Source: the human T2T-CHM13v2.0 reference genome, Homo sapiens
NCBI GenBank assembly: GCA_009914755.4
Contig: CP068257.2
Span: 18,592,001-18,656,000, forward strand
Direction: 5' to 3'
DNA: 64,000 nt
Part shown: piece by piece, positions 33,984 through 44,718 of the stretch
Layout of the letters: every line of letters begins with the position of its first letter
Position numbering within the stretch: the first letter of the stretch is position 1
Notes under the pieces: model-generated
Databases searched by the model: none
What the model was told of the DNA's origin: nothing
Seen by the model: only the letters and a program-made list of their open reading frames with translations
Translations under genes and position numbers: made by a program

Positions 33984-36900
33984 TGATCGTGTATGTGTTT
34001 GCAGGAGGGAATGATATGGAGCAGTCAATACATTTATTCCCCCAACTTTATTCCTTTGTCCTTTTCTGATCTACCCATTACCAAAAGTCCTTTTAATTCC
34101 TATTTCTGTCTAGTGAGAATCTATTACTTTCTTCTTTATTTTAGTTTCACGACTTTATGAACTTGGCAAATGGTGGCAGCGGTAAAAGTCTATTACTTAG
34201 GAAGAAAACTATAGGCAAATCTTTTTTAAAAAATCATATCCTAACAATGTACATATTTAATAAGCACTAGTAAGTACTTATATGAGAGAAGTAAAAAATG
34301 ATATAAGAATGTCTAAGATGGTTACTTATTCTGAACTTAGCAAGGTCAACAGAATACAACAAATATATGTTAAGCTAAAATCAGAAAACAGAAAAGAAAT
34401 AAAGAAACAAACCTGAACACACTACTGGAAAAATAGTTTAGTTTCCTATGTAAAAAGTGCAAGAGTGATCTTTTTTTCTTATCCAATGAGTTCAGCTGCC
34501 TAAATTTCATTAATAAAATTTTTAAATAATTTAGAATTATACATGACCAAGTAAATTAGAAATATACATTTCATGTTTGTTGAACTTTGCACAAAATAGA
34601 ATTTATACAATTCCACTTGAACATGTGCATAATTATCTGTTAGTTTTTTATAGAAAAACTAAATCAGATGTCTATTGATTTTTAAACTCTCATTTTTTCT
34701 CAAAGAGCAAGCAGTTGAATTTAAACATCCAATGACAGCAAATTTGATACTGTATCATTATGATAACAGCAAAAATAATCTCATTGACAGATATTACTGA
34801 AATTTCATGTATATTTAATTTCATTACCATATTTCATTGGTCAGCATATTTTAATGGAGTTTTGTTAGCTTTTTCATATTCATGTGTGAGAGCAAGAAAT
34901 AGGCTAACATGCTTTAATAAGAGTGCGTGTCTTTCAAAAATTAATTTTTGAACATTGTTATTGGTTAAATTCAAAGAGGTAGATGAAAATTTAGATAAAT
35001 ATTTCACTTGACATCTTACTCTATCTCTGTGTAACACAGAGTTATTTTTTACTTTACAGCTTGACTGAGCAGTTCTCTGATTACTTTTCTCTTGGTAAGC
35101 CTAGACAATTGCTCTTGACGCTTGTCTATGATAAAAAGAAGTCATAATGATTTATAGTATACTGTTTAAAGTTCAAAATTACCCCTCTTGTAAACCTGGG
35201 AAAAACATACTTGCTGGTACCTTATATCTAACTTGTTGGTGATATAACTAATTAGAGATACGGTTTGACTACATGACTAGGGATATAAAAGTCGTAACTG
35301 GAAACGGGTCAATCTCTCTTAATCAGGTTTCTTTACATATGTACTGGTGGTTATTTTCCAGAGACAAAGAGAATCCTGAATAACCAAAGAAAGGATCCTG
35401 GTGAGCTGTTCCTAGAAGATTTGCTGACACCCAGGGCTTATCTGTGCTTTCTTTCTCTGGCCGTACTGTATACGTTGCCTCAACAATGTCCTTCATAAGC
35501 ATGCTCTGTGAAGTCTAATGAGCCATTTCATTATCCACCTATCCAATGCTGCTACCAGATATATGCACATTGTACAGCTTCTTCTTAATTCTGTTGGTAG
35601 TCACCTGTGCAATCTTGACAATATGCTCATACCTCAGTTTCTCAAACAAACAATAGCCAGTAAAATTGCTTTATTGAACTTGCCTTACTTAATATACCTC
35701 CCCTTTACCAAATATTTTATATATTTTTGTTAGTTTCATGTTTCTTAATCCATTAATTTTAGATAATATCTCATTACCACTATGTAGGAAAAGAAAATAT
35801 ATTCTTCAACCCTCTCTCATCTCTTTCTAAATAGTTTCATCTTCCAACTTCCAGGAACTATAATTTGATTTTCCAATTCTATAACATGTTTAGAAACTAT
35901 AAGTTTCTATAAGTTTCTGTCAGTTTCAAAACTTGTGTTAGGTTTTCAAAGTCTACAACATATTTAGAAAATATAAGTTTTGATGAGTTGTGTGAGGATA
36001 ATTTTTTTATTTTTCATTTTTTGTCTACTAACAGGGAGGCAGCTACTCTGTACCTCTTTAGGATGTTTGATATAATAGGGCCCATCTTTTGATTTTAAAC
36101 TATAAAATCTCAGCTCTTCTCACCCTGGGAATTGTGAATACATACCTCTAAAATTAACTTGAAAATCTCTCAGGAAGTGTACAAGAAACTATCTCGAAGT
36201 AGAACTAATTGTTCTCAGGGAGATAAGAAAATTTTACATTAGTGTATAATTTTGTGTGAAATTTTATCCAGACTGTTTTATCTTTCTCAGTACTCGCATT
36301 TGTATAATCTGATTCATACTCAATAATACATTGGCTCTTTCCTTCCTTAAGAGTATGGAGGTCTCTTTGTGTGGTAGGATTTTTTATTTCTTTCATTGTT
36401 GCCTTTTTGTTGGTTCTAATAATTAAACTCCAATGTAGATTGCTTGCAAATTTATGATTGTATAATTTTGTCCACCAAGAAGATTGATAGGAAAGGATGG
36501 ATGATTTATACTGAAGTCATGAAACTTGTCTTATTTGAATAAGAATGTTAGACACCAATGTAAAATGGTATCGTTTTACATAGCACAGAATTAATTTCAA
36601 AAATGTATGTCACAAATTATATCATAATTAAAACATGATTTCTTTTAATAGATTGTTTTACCTAGAGTAGGCAATAGACTTTTTGCACTTTTATACACCA
36701 AGCACCTTATGCCATATTACATGTTAAAATGAATCTTACTTATATTTGGATGCATCCATCTCCGTGCCCTGAATTTCTTTTCAAATACAAATTGGTTGCT
36801 TTTTAGGCCTGCTACATGTTGCAGAATGTTGGATTCCACAAATAACAACACAACCTGTTTCTAAGAGAAAGCTGACCAAGGTAAAGGACAGCAATGTTTC

Positions 36901-38161
36901 TATGAAGCTTGGGCAATGTCTTGAAGTAGGGAGGAGACATTAGAATTTATTGAGAATTGGAGATTTTGTTTAAGGCAAGAATTTCAATGTTGATGGGCTT
37001 AATATTAGGTTAAGAATAATGCACGATACAGTAGTCTTAGATTAGTGAAAAACAGGATGAAGATTTTGAAGCAGAGAATTCAATGAATCTTAAGTCACAC
37101 ACTGTTAATTTTTATTGAATTGAAGAGCTGTGGGTCTTCAGGAAGTTTCATAATGAACAATTAAACAATTTGCCTGGACTACAAACACTTGGGAAAGTAC
37201 AGTAATGTGAATGAAGACAGTGGAATAGCAAAATCATGTTATTGTAGTGTTATGGGCTGAAATATGTCCCTCCAAAATTTATATATTGAAATTCTAACCA
37301 CCAGTATTTTAGAATGTGACTATATTTGAACATAGGTTCTTTAAAGAGGTAATTAGGGTAAAATAAAGTCATGTGTGTGGGCCTGAAAACAATCTCACTG
37401 GTGTTCTTATAAGAGGGAGAAATTTGGACATGGATATGCATATGCACAAAGGAACAACCACACTAAGGCCAAGGGAGAAGACAGTCATCTACGAATCAAG
37501 GAGAGAAGCCACAAAATGAAACTAATCATGCCAGCACCTTGATTTCAGTCTTCCAGCTTCAAGAATTTCTGAGTAAATATTGACCTTGCCTCCCCACTTT
37601 GAGTTTCTCTTGTTTAAGCCATTCAATCTACGGTATTTTTTATAGCAGCCCTAGCAAATTAGCATATGCAGTTAAATTATGGATAGGTAGTTTTGGTCCC
37701 CCCATATTCAGGCTAAATGTGGAGGTGGGCATTTTGATTCAAAACATATATTTTCTTTTTAGTGTACTCCTGATTTTAGTTCACAGTGTATGCATACCTA
37801 TGTATTAGTTTAAATTTTTATGTTGGTAATATATAACCATAAATATATTTTTCAAATATTTTTATATATTTGCTTAATGTTTAGTTTTTTTCTGACCTTA
37901 TATTTGATTGGCATTTTACGGAGTATCAAATCTATGTTCTATTTTACTTCCTCTTAAATATTATTCAATTGTTTTCTAGCGCTTTGTTATTGAAAAAATT
38001 GTTACTTTAATACAAACTATATATAATATATACACATTTTTTTCTGTCTTGCATTCTAAAAATCTTTAAAGAATGATTATTAATACCTAATGATTATTAG
38101 TTATCTACATAATTATAGACATTGTTTATCTTCATGTTAGTCAACTCAGGCTGCTATTTTA

Positions 38162-38483
38162 TTTTTTTATATTTATTTATTTATTTATTTTAATTTATTT
38201 TTCTGAGATGGAGTCTCGCTCTGTCGCCCAGGCTAGAGTGCAGTGGCCTGATCTTGGCTCACTTTAACCTCTGCCTCACAGATTCAAGCAATTCTCTGCC
38301 TCAGCCTCCTGAGTAGCTGGGATTACAAGCACCTGCCAGCACGCCTAGCCAATTTTTATATTTTTAGTAGAGACAGGGTTTCACTATCTTGGGCAGGCTG
38401 ATCTTGAACTCCTGACCTCTGGATCCACCCTCCTCAGCCTCCCAAAGTGCTGGGATTACAGGCATGAGCCACCACGCCCCAGC
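38162..38483 (-). mobile_element. Alu SINE (AluS-like) with a perfect 16-bp TSD 'tcaggctgctatttta', inserted at the edge of an MLT1-like LTR
   Basis: (TTTA)n/poly-T then 'gagatggagtctcgctctgtcgcccaggctagagtgcagtggcctgatcttggctcac...caggcatgagccaccacgccccagcc'. The TSD is at 38146-38161 and 38484-38499. Confidence 0.95.
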
Positions 38484-38486
38484 CTC

Positions 38487-38850
38487 AGGCTGCTATTTTA
38501 AAAACTAGCACAAACCAGGTGGCTTATGAAGAAAAGATGTTTATTTCTAACAGTCCTGGAGGCTGGGAAGACCAAGATTTGGGTATCCACAGATTCAGGG
38601 TCTGATGAGGACCTGTTTCTTGATTCATAGATGACCTTTTTTTTTTCTCTATGTCCTTACATGAAAGGAAGGGGCAAAGGAGTTCTCTGGGGTTCCTTTT
38701 ATAAGGGCTCTTATCCCATTTGTAAGAGTTGTCCTCATGACCTAATCACTTCTCAAAGGCCTTACCTCCTAGAGTCATCTCACTGGGGGTTAAGATTTCA
38801 GTATGTGAATTCCAGGGGGACACAAACATTCAGTGTATAATATTGTTCCT
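38487..38850 (-). mobile_element. MaLR solo LTR, MLT1-like (second copy)
   Basis: 'gctgctattttaaaaactagcacaaaccaggtggcttatgaagaaaagatgtttatttctaacagtcctggaggctgggaagaccaagatttggg...gggggacacaaacattcagtgtataa'. Confidence 0.6.
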
Positions 38851-39239
38851 AATTGTGGCTACACACTAAAGTCAGGCATCAGAGCAGCTTTTAATAGATA
38901 GCAGGGCCAGATGCCAGACCAACTAGATAAGATTCTATGAAGGAGCGGCCTCTCAACCTCATTCTAAGTATTCTCTAAATGATTACAGCATTATTGGGAA
39001 TATACATACATTCCTCTTCATATAGGAACGCCATGTTTACAATCTTGACTACTAGAATCAACTTAAAATTAGTAAAGTGCAGATGATAGGTTTATTTTTG
39101 CCCAGTTAAAATTATGCTAGGAATTCTTGTGTTTTCTAGGCAGATAATTCCGTTTTTTAGATCCCTATTCTAGAAGTCAGTGTTGAAGTGCCAATAATTC
39201 TACACAAGTGGGAGAAGTTATTAATAAAAGCTAATGTAG

Positions 39240-40310
39240 CAGGATGAGCCGCAGATGGTTAAAGAAGGAAGAGGCTTTATTCAGCCGGGAGCATCGGCCA
39301 ACTTGTGTCTCAAGAACCAAGCTCTCCGAAGAAAGAGTTCCTGGCCCTTTTAAAGGCTTACAACCCTAAGAAGCCTACTTGAAAGGGTCGTGATAGATTG
39401 AGCAAGCAGGGGGTACATGACTATGTCCACATACGTTAGTGGTGGGGGTAAGCAATGCAAGTATTTCTGCATACCATTGTCTGTGATCTATAGATAGCAC
39501 AAGTGATTAGGGTGGGGGTTATCTTTAACCTACAGGTCTGGCCAATGGCACCGATCAGTCTGTTGTTTTTCAGCTTTTACTTCCTTCTTCTCTTCCGAGA
39601 CAGGGGACAGTAAGAGAAATAGCCTCTTTCCTCAGTAACAAAGAATAATTAGCAAAAATTTCAACAGTTGACATAACCTTCTGCTAATACTCTGCTAATG
39701 CCATCCTCTGCTATTCAACTCCACGTGTACTTCCTCTCTATTCCCAGCTTTGAGCTTCTCGAGGCTGCTACTGGGGAGAACCGTGCTTCTGCAACCGTTT
39801 CCTATGTATATATTGGACCATGACTCCCTTCACTTGAGAGAAGAGAGAGACTCTCTCATATTGTTTTATATTGTTTTATATTCAGTAAAAACAACAAGGA
39901 AGTAAAACCAAAGACAGGCAGCCCGGCGCCAGGCCCAAAACCAGGCTTGGGCCTGCCTGGCCTAAACCCAGTAGTTAAAAATCAACCTATGATTTAGAAG
40001 CCAATATTATTCATCGATTCCAGACATTATATAGAAGAACACTGTGAAACTCCCTGCCCTGTTCTGTTCCTCCCTGACCACCGGTGCATGCAGCCCCTGT
40101 CAGGTACCCCTTGCTTGCTCAAATCAATCACGACCCTTTCATGTGAAATCTTTAGTGTTGTGAGCCCTTAAAAGGGACAGAAATTGTGCACTTGGGGAGC
40201 TCGGATTTTGACACAGTAGCTGGCCGATGCTCCCAGCTGAATAAAGCCCTTCCTTCTACAACTCGGTGTCTGAGAGGTTTTGTCTGCGGCTCGTCCTGCT
40301 ACACACTACC
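39240..40310 (+). mobile_element. ERV-class (gamma-retrovirus-like, ERV1-type) LTR-like element retaining 22 CpGs, with an inverted partial copy of its R/U5 end
   Basis: 40069-40310 reads TG...'gctggccgatgctcccagctgaataaagcccttccttctacaactcggtgtctgagaggttttgtctgcggctcgtcctgctaCA', that is a poly(A) signal followed by a U5-like end. The reverse complement of 39240-39425 matches the same segment ('gttggccgatgctcccggctgaataaagcctcttccttc...ctgcggctcatcctgc' and 'gtaccccctgcttgctcaatctatcacgaccctttca'). The family is not assigned. Confidence 0.55.
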
Positions 40311-42329
40311 TTTGATGGAGCCCTAACTTGCCATCTGCCTCTGATTTCCCAAACATGTGTTAAAATCTCTGTGCCACCAATTATTTTCTTTCTTGCTATC
40401 TCTGCATATTATGTTACATTTTTTTCCTTAAGGAGTCATCAGAGGGAAAAAAGAGAAATATATTTGATATATAACATATTAATGTCGTTTACATTATGCC
40501 CCTTTTCAATTGTCTCAGAGCACAAGGCTGTAGATAAAAGCTGTTAGGATAGAATAAAATAAAACCATACTTACATTGTGTTTACGGAAATATCTATAAA
40601 TAGAAATAACTGTTTATATGCTTGTTTTTGAAATTTAGTATTGACTTTTTTTTAATTAAAAATGAAAAAAAAATTCAAACATTTTAATCTATTGGCCTCC
40701 AAAGTACAACTTTGGTGTTTTTCCTGTTCCATTTATTTTAATAAAAATTACCATATAACTGGGTTGAAATCACTCTAATTGTCACCATATTTTTACTGTT
40801 GAGGGATTTCTTTTCCTGCGATTTTGTCTTCTATCTGTTCATGAATAATTTTCAAAAACGGAGCTCTCATATTTAGGCAGCTTTCTTGCAGTGCAACACC
40901 TCATCGCCTGCACTGCAGGATACCCCAGATGCATGCCTCGCACATCACATTGGGTATATCAAAGACAGAATGTTTACATTTATCTCAAATGCCTCAATAT
41001 TCTGTTTTAGGTCATTCTGTTTAGGGTCATTAGGAAAATCTGCAAAATTGCTGTATCTGGGATTTTATTAAATTAAGACATCTCTTTTAATCTTAGTTTT
41101 TTAAGGAGTATATAAATTTTGTTGGAACTAAACTTGGGACATAAAATTTCCATGGGAAAAATATGACTAGGAAAACCATGGGGCTTCAGAAGAAAAATAG
41201 GTTGTTACATTTTGAGGACAAAATAATACAGAACTATGTTTAATTATATATGGCTTAAATATGCTTTCAAAATGTTAACTTCTGATGTATCACAAAAAAG
41301 TTGAAATAAGCATTTGATTTGCTGGGGACATCGTCACCTTTCCAGTGAGATCACCTTTCTGGCCTCTAAGGACAGAAGCAGAAGCTGTTATTCCAATGTT
41401 TAATCACTAGAACATATGTTGAGATGACACTTGTGTGGCACTTCTATGATTTAACAGCAGTAAAGTTAGTAATGTCAGTGAAAACGGTGGAATAGCTCAA
41501 AGAAGCAGACCCCTCACAGAAATATTCCAACTTCAAAGAAAACCTGTTAGAAACAACTTTGTCAGAATTCTAGGAAACAGTGACAGGCTCATAGCAACAA
41601 AGCAAATGCTGAATTAAGAAAAAGACAATGTAAAAATGATAGAAATGCTTTGACATTTTCACTTGTCCTTGCCACACTCCCCCACTCAGCTCAGGGGTAA
41701 TCTTGAAGATGGCAGCCTTCATTTCTAGTGGAATCCCTGGTTCCAGAGGAGGCAAAGAATTGCATTTGCCTGCTCTAAATTGCCTGGGGGCTTCCCAAAG
41801 TGTTGACACAAGGAACTTGTCTTTGTTTAGCATAACTGGGAACTGGGTCTGAAAATCTATAGAATTGACTAATAAACATTGTAAGGCAAGTGCAAAACCC
41901 ACAGCCGCCTGGGGCAAAAGATTACAACGGAAGCAACAATAGAGTCCCAAAAGCCTAGGAGGGAAAACTGGGGAGAGAGTTTCACTGGGAAATTAGGGCA
42001 TTCAAAAGTTTCTGAGTCTACTTGGAATTTAGAAAATCACATGCATGCCCAGGGTAAGACTCATGCTAAGAAAAGACCTGTGAATATGCAACATTTTCCC
42101 CTTTGGCTAAACTCCATGCAAGTGCAAACAGGATGTACAGGCTAAGGCAGAGTTTTAAATGGCCCGGCTGAGCATTGAAGGATTTCCTCATCACAAAGCC
42201 AGACTGCAAAGATAGGGGAAGGTTTTTGATTTACGCTTTCTTATCTTCTCTCTGTCTGTGTCTCTCTCCGTCTACCTCTGACATTCAAGGAAATAACTGC
42301 CAAAACTCTAGCTAGACAAAAATTAAAGG

Positions 42330-42555
42330 AAAAGCTACGTCAGCGACCAAATATTACAAAAATTACAGGTCTACAGTTTAACAACAAAAAGAAGACCAAA
42401 TTAAGTGGGCAAAGGGTATAGACATTTCCCCAAAGAATTATACAAAGAACCAAGAAGCAGAAAGCCCTTGAAATGATGCTCAATATCATTTGTCATTAAG
42501 GAAATGCAAATCAAAACCACAATTGAGATACCACTTCTCACCAACTAGGATGGCT
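42330..42555 (+). mobile_element. Ancient L1 (L1M-type) ORF2 C-terminal fragment
   Basis: '...ccaaattaagtgggcaaagggtatagacatttccccaaagaattatac...gaaatgcaaatcaaaaccacaattgagataccacttctcaccaactaggatggc', which is L1 ORF2 '...[16 protein letters not shown]...[18 protein letters not shown]'. Confidence 0.75.
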
Positions 42556-42559
42556 TTTT

Positions 42560-43470
42560 TAAAAATTTAACTTATATTTTAAGTTCAGCGGTACAATTGC
42601 AGGTTTGTTATATAGGTAAACTTGTGTCGTGGTAACTTGTTATATAGGTAAACTTGTGTTTGTTGTATAGATTATTTTATCACCCAGCTATCACACCTAG
42701 TGCTCATTAATTATTTTTCCTGATCTTCTTCCTCCTCCTACCCTCTGTCAGGCCTCTGAGCAGAAGCTAAGCCATCATAACCCCTGTGACCTGCATGTAT
42801 ACATCCAGACGGCCTGGAGCAATGGAAGAACAACAAAAGATGACATTCCATCATTTGATTTGTTCCTGCCCCACCCCAACTAATCAATCGACCTTGTGAC
42901 ATTCCTCCCCTGGACAATGAGTCCCATGATCTCCCCACCCTGCACCTTGTGACCCCTGCCCCTGCCCGCAAGAGATAACCAACTTTAACTGTAATTTTCC
43001 ATTACCTACCCAAATCCTATAAAACTGCCCCACTCCTATCTCCCTTTGCTGAATCCTTTCTCGGACTCAGCCCACTTGCACCCAAGTGAATAAACAGCCT
43101 TGTTGCTCACACGAAGCCTGTTGGTGGACTCTCTTCACATGGATGTGCGTGACACCCTCTACCCTCCAATAGGCCCCAATGTGTGTTATTCCCCTCTATG
43201 TGTCCATGTGTTCTTATTATTTAGCTCCCACTTACAAGTGAGAGCATGCAGTATTTGGTTTTCTGTTTCTGCATCAGTTTGCTAAGGATAATGGCCTCCA
43301 GCTCCATCCATGTTCCCGAAATGATCTTGTTCTTTTTAATGCCTGTATAGTATTCCACAGTGTATATGTACAAAATTTTATTTATCCAGTCTACCACTGA
43401 TGGACATTTAGGTTGATTCCATGTCTTTGCTATTGTGAATAGTGCTGCAATGAACATACATGTACATGTG
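42560..43470 (-). mobile_element. L1PA-type 3' end (5'-truncated, about 470 bp of L1) split by the LTR7 insertion at 42722-43160
   Basis: 'ttttaagttcagcggtacaattgcaggtttgttatataggtaaacttgtgtcgtgg...' and '...ctcccacttacaagtgagagcatgcagtatttggttttctgtttctgc...gtctaccactgatggacatttaggttgattccatgtctttgctattgtgaatagtgctgcaatgaacatacatgtacatgtgtct' are the reverse complement of the L1PA 3'UTR and ORF2 end. Confidence 0.85.
42722..43160 (+). mobile_element. HERV-H-type solo LTR (LTR7 family) with a 5-bp TSD 'ccctc'
   Basis: 'tgtcaggcctctgagcagaagctaagccatcataacccctgtgacctgcatgtatacatccagacggcctg...cccgcaagagataaccaactttaactgtaattttccattacctacccaaatcctataaaactgccccactcctatctccctt...cccaagtgaataaacagccttgttgctcacacgaagcctgttggtggactctcttcacatggatgtgcgtgaca'. 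This closely parallels the LTR7 consensus, which begins 'TGTCAGGCCTCTGAGCCCAAGCTAAGCCATCAT' and ends 'AAATAAACAGCC.TGTTGCTCACACAAAGCCTGTTTGGTGGTCTCTTCACACGGACGCGCATGAAA'. Confidence 0.75.
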
Positions 43471-43475
43471 TCTGG

Positions 43476-43569
43476 GAAGGAGGGAAGGAAGGACGGAAGG
43501 AGGGAAGGAAGGAAGGAAGGAAGGAAGGAAGGAAGGAAGGAAGGAAGGAAGGAAGGAAGGAAGGAAGGA
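43476..43569. repeat. (GGAA)n microsatellite, about 23 units, with GGAG/GGAC variants at the 5' end
   Basis: 'ggaaggagggaaggaaggacggaaggagggaaggaaggaaggaagg...'. It sits at the 5'-truncation point of the minus-strand L1PA fragment. Confidence 0.98.
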
Positions 43570-43574
43570 CAAGT

Positions 43575-43861
43575 GTTGGCAGTAAATATGTAGAGAAATG
43601 AGAATACTTATACATTGTAGGAATATAAAATAATTCAGCTGCTATGAAAAAGAGTTTGGGAGCACCTCAAAACATAAACATAGAATTATCATATGATCTT
43701 CTAATTCTATTTCTGGAGGTACACCCTCCAGTGTTGAAAAACTAGTACTCAAACAAGTCAGTGTACATAAACATTAATAGCAGGACTATTCACAATAGCC
43801 AAGGTGGAAATAACCAAATGTTCACAAACAGATAAATAGATATCAAATTATGGTGTGTATT

Positions 43862-43906
<45 letters not shown>

Positions 43907-43950
43907 AATGGAATATTACTGAGCCATATAAAAATGGAGTAAAGCTATAG
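43575..43950 (+). mobile_element. Ancient L1 (L1M-type) ORF2 C-terminus, with an internal (CA)n at 43868-43905
   Basis: '...gtacaccctccagtgttgaaaaactagtactcaaacaagtcagtgtacataaacattaatagcaggactattcacaatagccaaggtggaaataaccaaatgttcacaaacagataaatag...atggaatattactgagccatataaaaatggag', which is L1 ORF2 '...FIAALFTIAKTWNQPKCP..DEWIKKMWYIYTMEYYSAIKK'. Probably the same old element as 42330-42555, split by the minus-strand L1PA and LTR7 insertion. Confidence 0.75.
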
Positions 43951-43977
43951 TGTGAATATTGGTGTCTGAGGCCATTT

Positions 43978-44366
43978 TATGTTGCTTATAATACCTGAAT
44001 CTGGTTAATTTATAAAGAGAAGGAATGTATTTCCTACAATTATGGAGACTGAGAAGTTCAAGGTTAAGGAGGTGCACTTGGCGAGAGCCTTCTTGCTGAT
44101 GAGGACTCTCTGAAGAGTCCTGAAGCCTCACAGGGTAAGATAGGGCAAGGAGGATGCGCATGCTACTCAGATATCTCTTGCTCTTACCATAAAGCCACCA
44201 GTCCCTCCTCCATGATAGCCCATTAATTCTTTAACTCATTAATCCATGAATGGTATCTGCCCTCACGATCCAATCACCCATTAAAGGTCCCATCTTTCAA
44301 CACTGCCACATTGGGGATTAAATTTCAACATGAATTTTGGAGGGGACAGATATTCAAACCATAGCA
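43978..44366 (-). mobile_element. MaLR solo LTR, MLT1-like (third copy), with a complete 5' end
   Basis: 'ttgcttataatacctgaatctggttaatttataaagagaaggaatgtatttcctacaattatggagactgagaagttcaaggttaagg...attggggattaaatttcaacatgaattttggaggggacagatattcaaaccatagca'. Confidence 0.6.
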
Positions 44367-44718
44367 GTTGGTGCCCCCACCACTATCTAATTTACGTGTT
44401 AGAACCTAACACCCAATGTGATAAACCCAATGTGATAGCATTGAGTTGGGGCCTCTGAGAATAAGTAAGTCATAAGGACTCTGCTTAGTGCCCTTATAAA
44501 GGAAGCTTAAGTGAGCTGCCTTGCAAGTTCCATCATGCAAGAATGCAGCAAGAAGCCTTCCTCTTTGAAGCACAGCACAAGCCTCACCAGATATTGAATT
44601 TGTTGGTGGCTTCATCTTGGACTCCCCAAACTCAACAACTATAAGCAATAAATTTCTGTTGTTTACAAATTCTCTAGTCTAAGATATTTTGTTAGAGCAG
44701 CTAGAACAAACCAAGACA
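44367..44718 (+). mobile_element. MaLR solo LTR, MLT1-like (fourth copy), 5'-truncated by about 20 bp, abutting the previous copy head-to-head
   Basis: 'gttggtgcccccaccactatctaatttacgtgttagaacctaacacccaatgtgataaacccaatgtgatagcattgagttggggcctctgag...aataaatttctgttgtttacaaattctctagtctaagatattttgttagagcagctagaacaaaccaagaca' matches the LTR-sense strand of the same family. Confidence 0.6.

Noticed and set aside
41570-41950. 126-aa minus-strand ORF
   Set aside because: Low-complexity hydrophobic translation with no recognisable family, in sequence adjacent to L1 fragments. Most likely a chance ORF.
43476-43569. Interpreting the (GGAA)n tract as the poly(A)-derived tail of the adjacent minus-strand L1
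   Set aside because: That L1 fragment's 3' end and tail are at the opposite, lower-coordinate side (about 42556-42570). The GGAA tract sits at its 5'-truncation point, so it is an independent microsatellite, not a tail.
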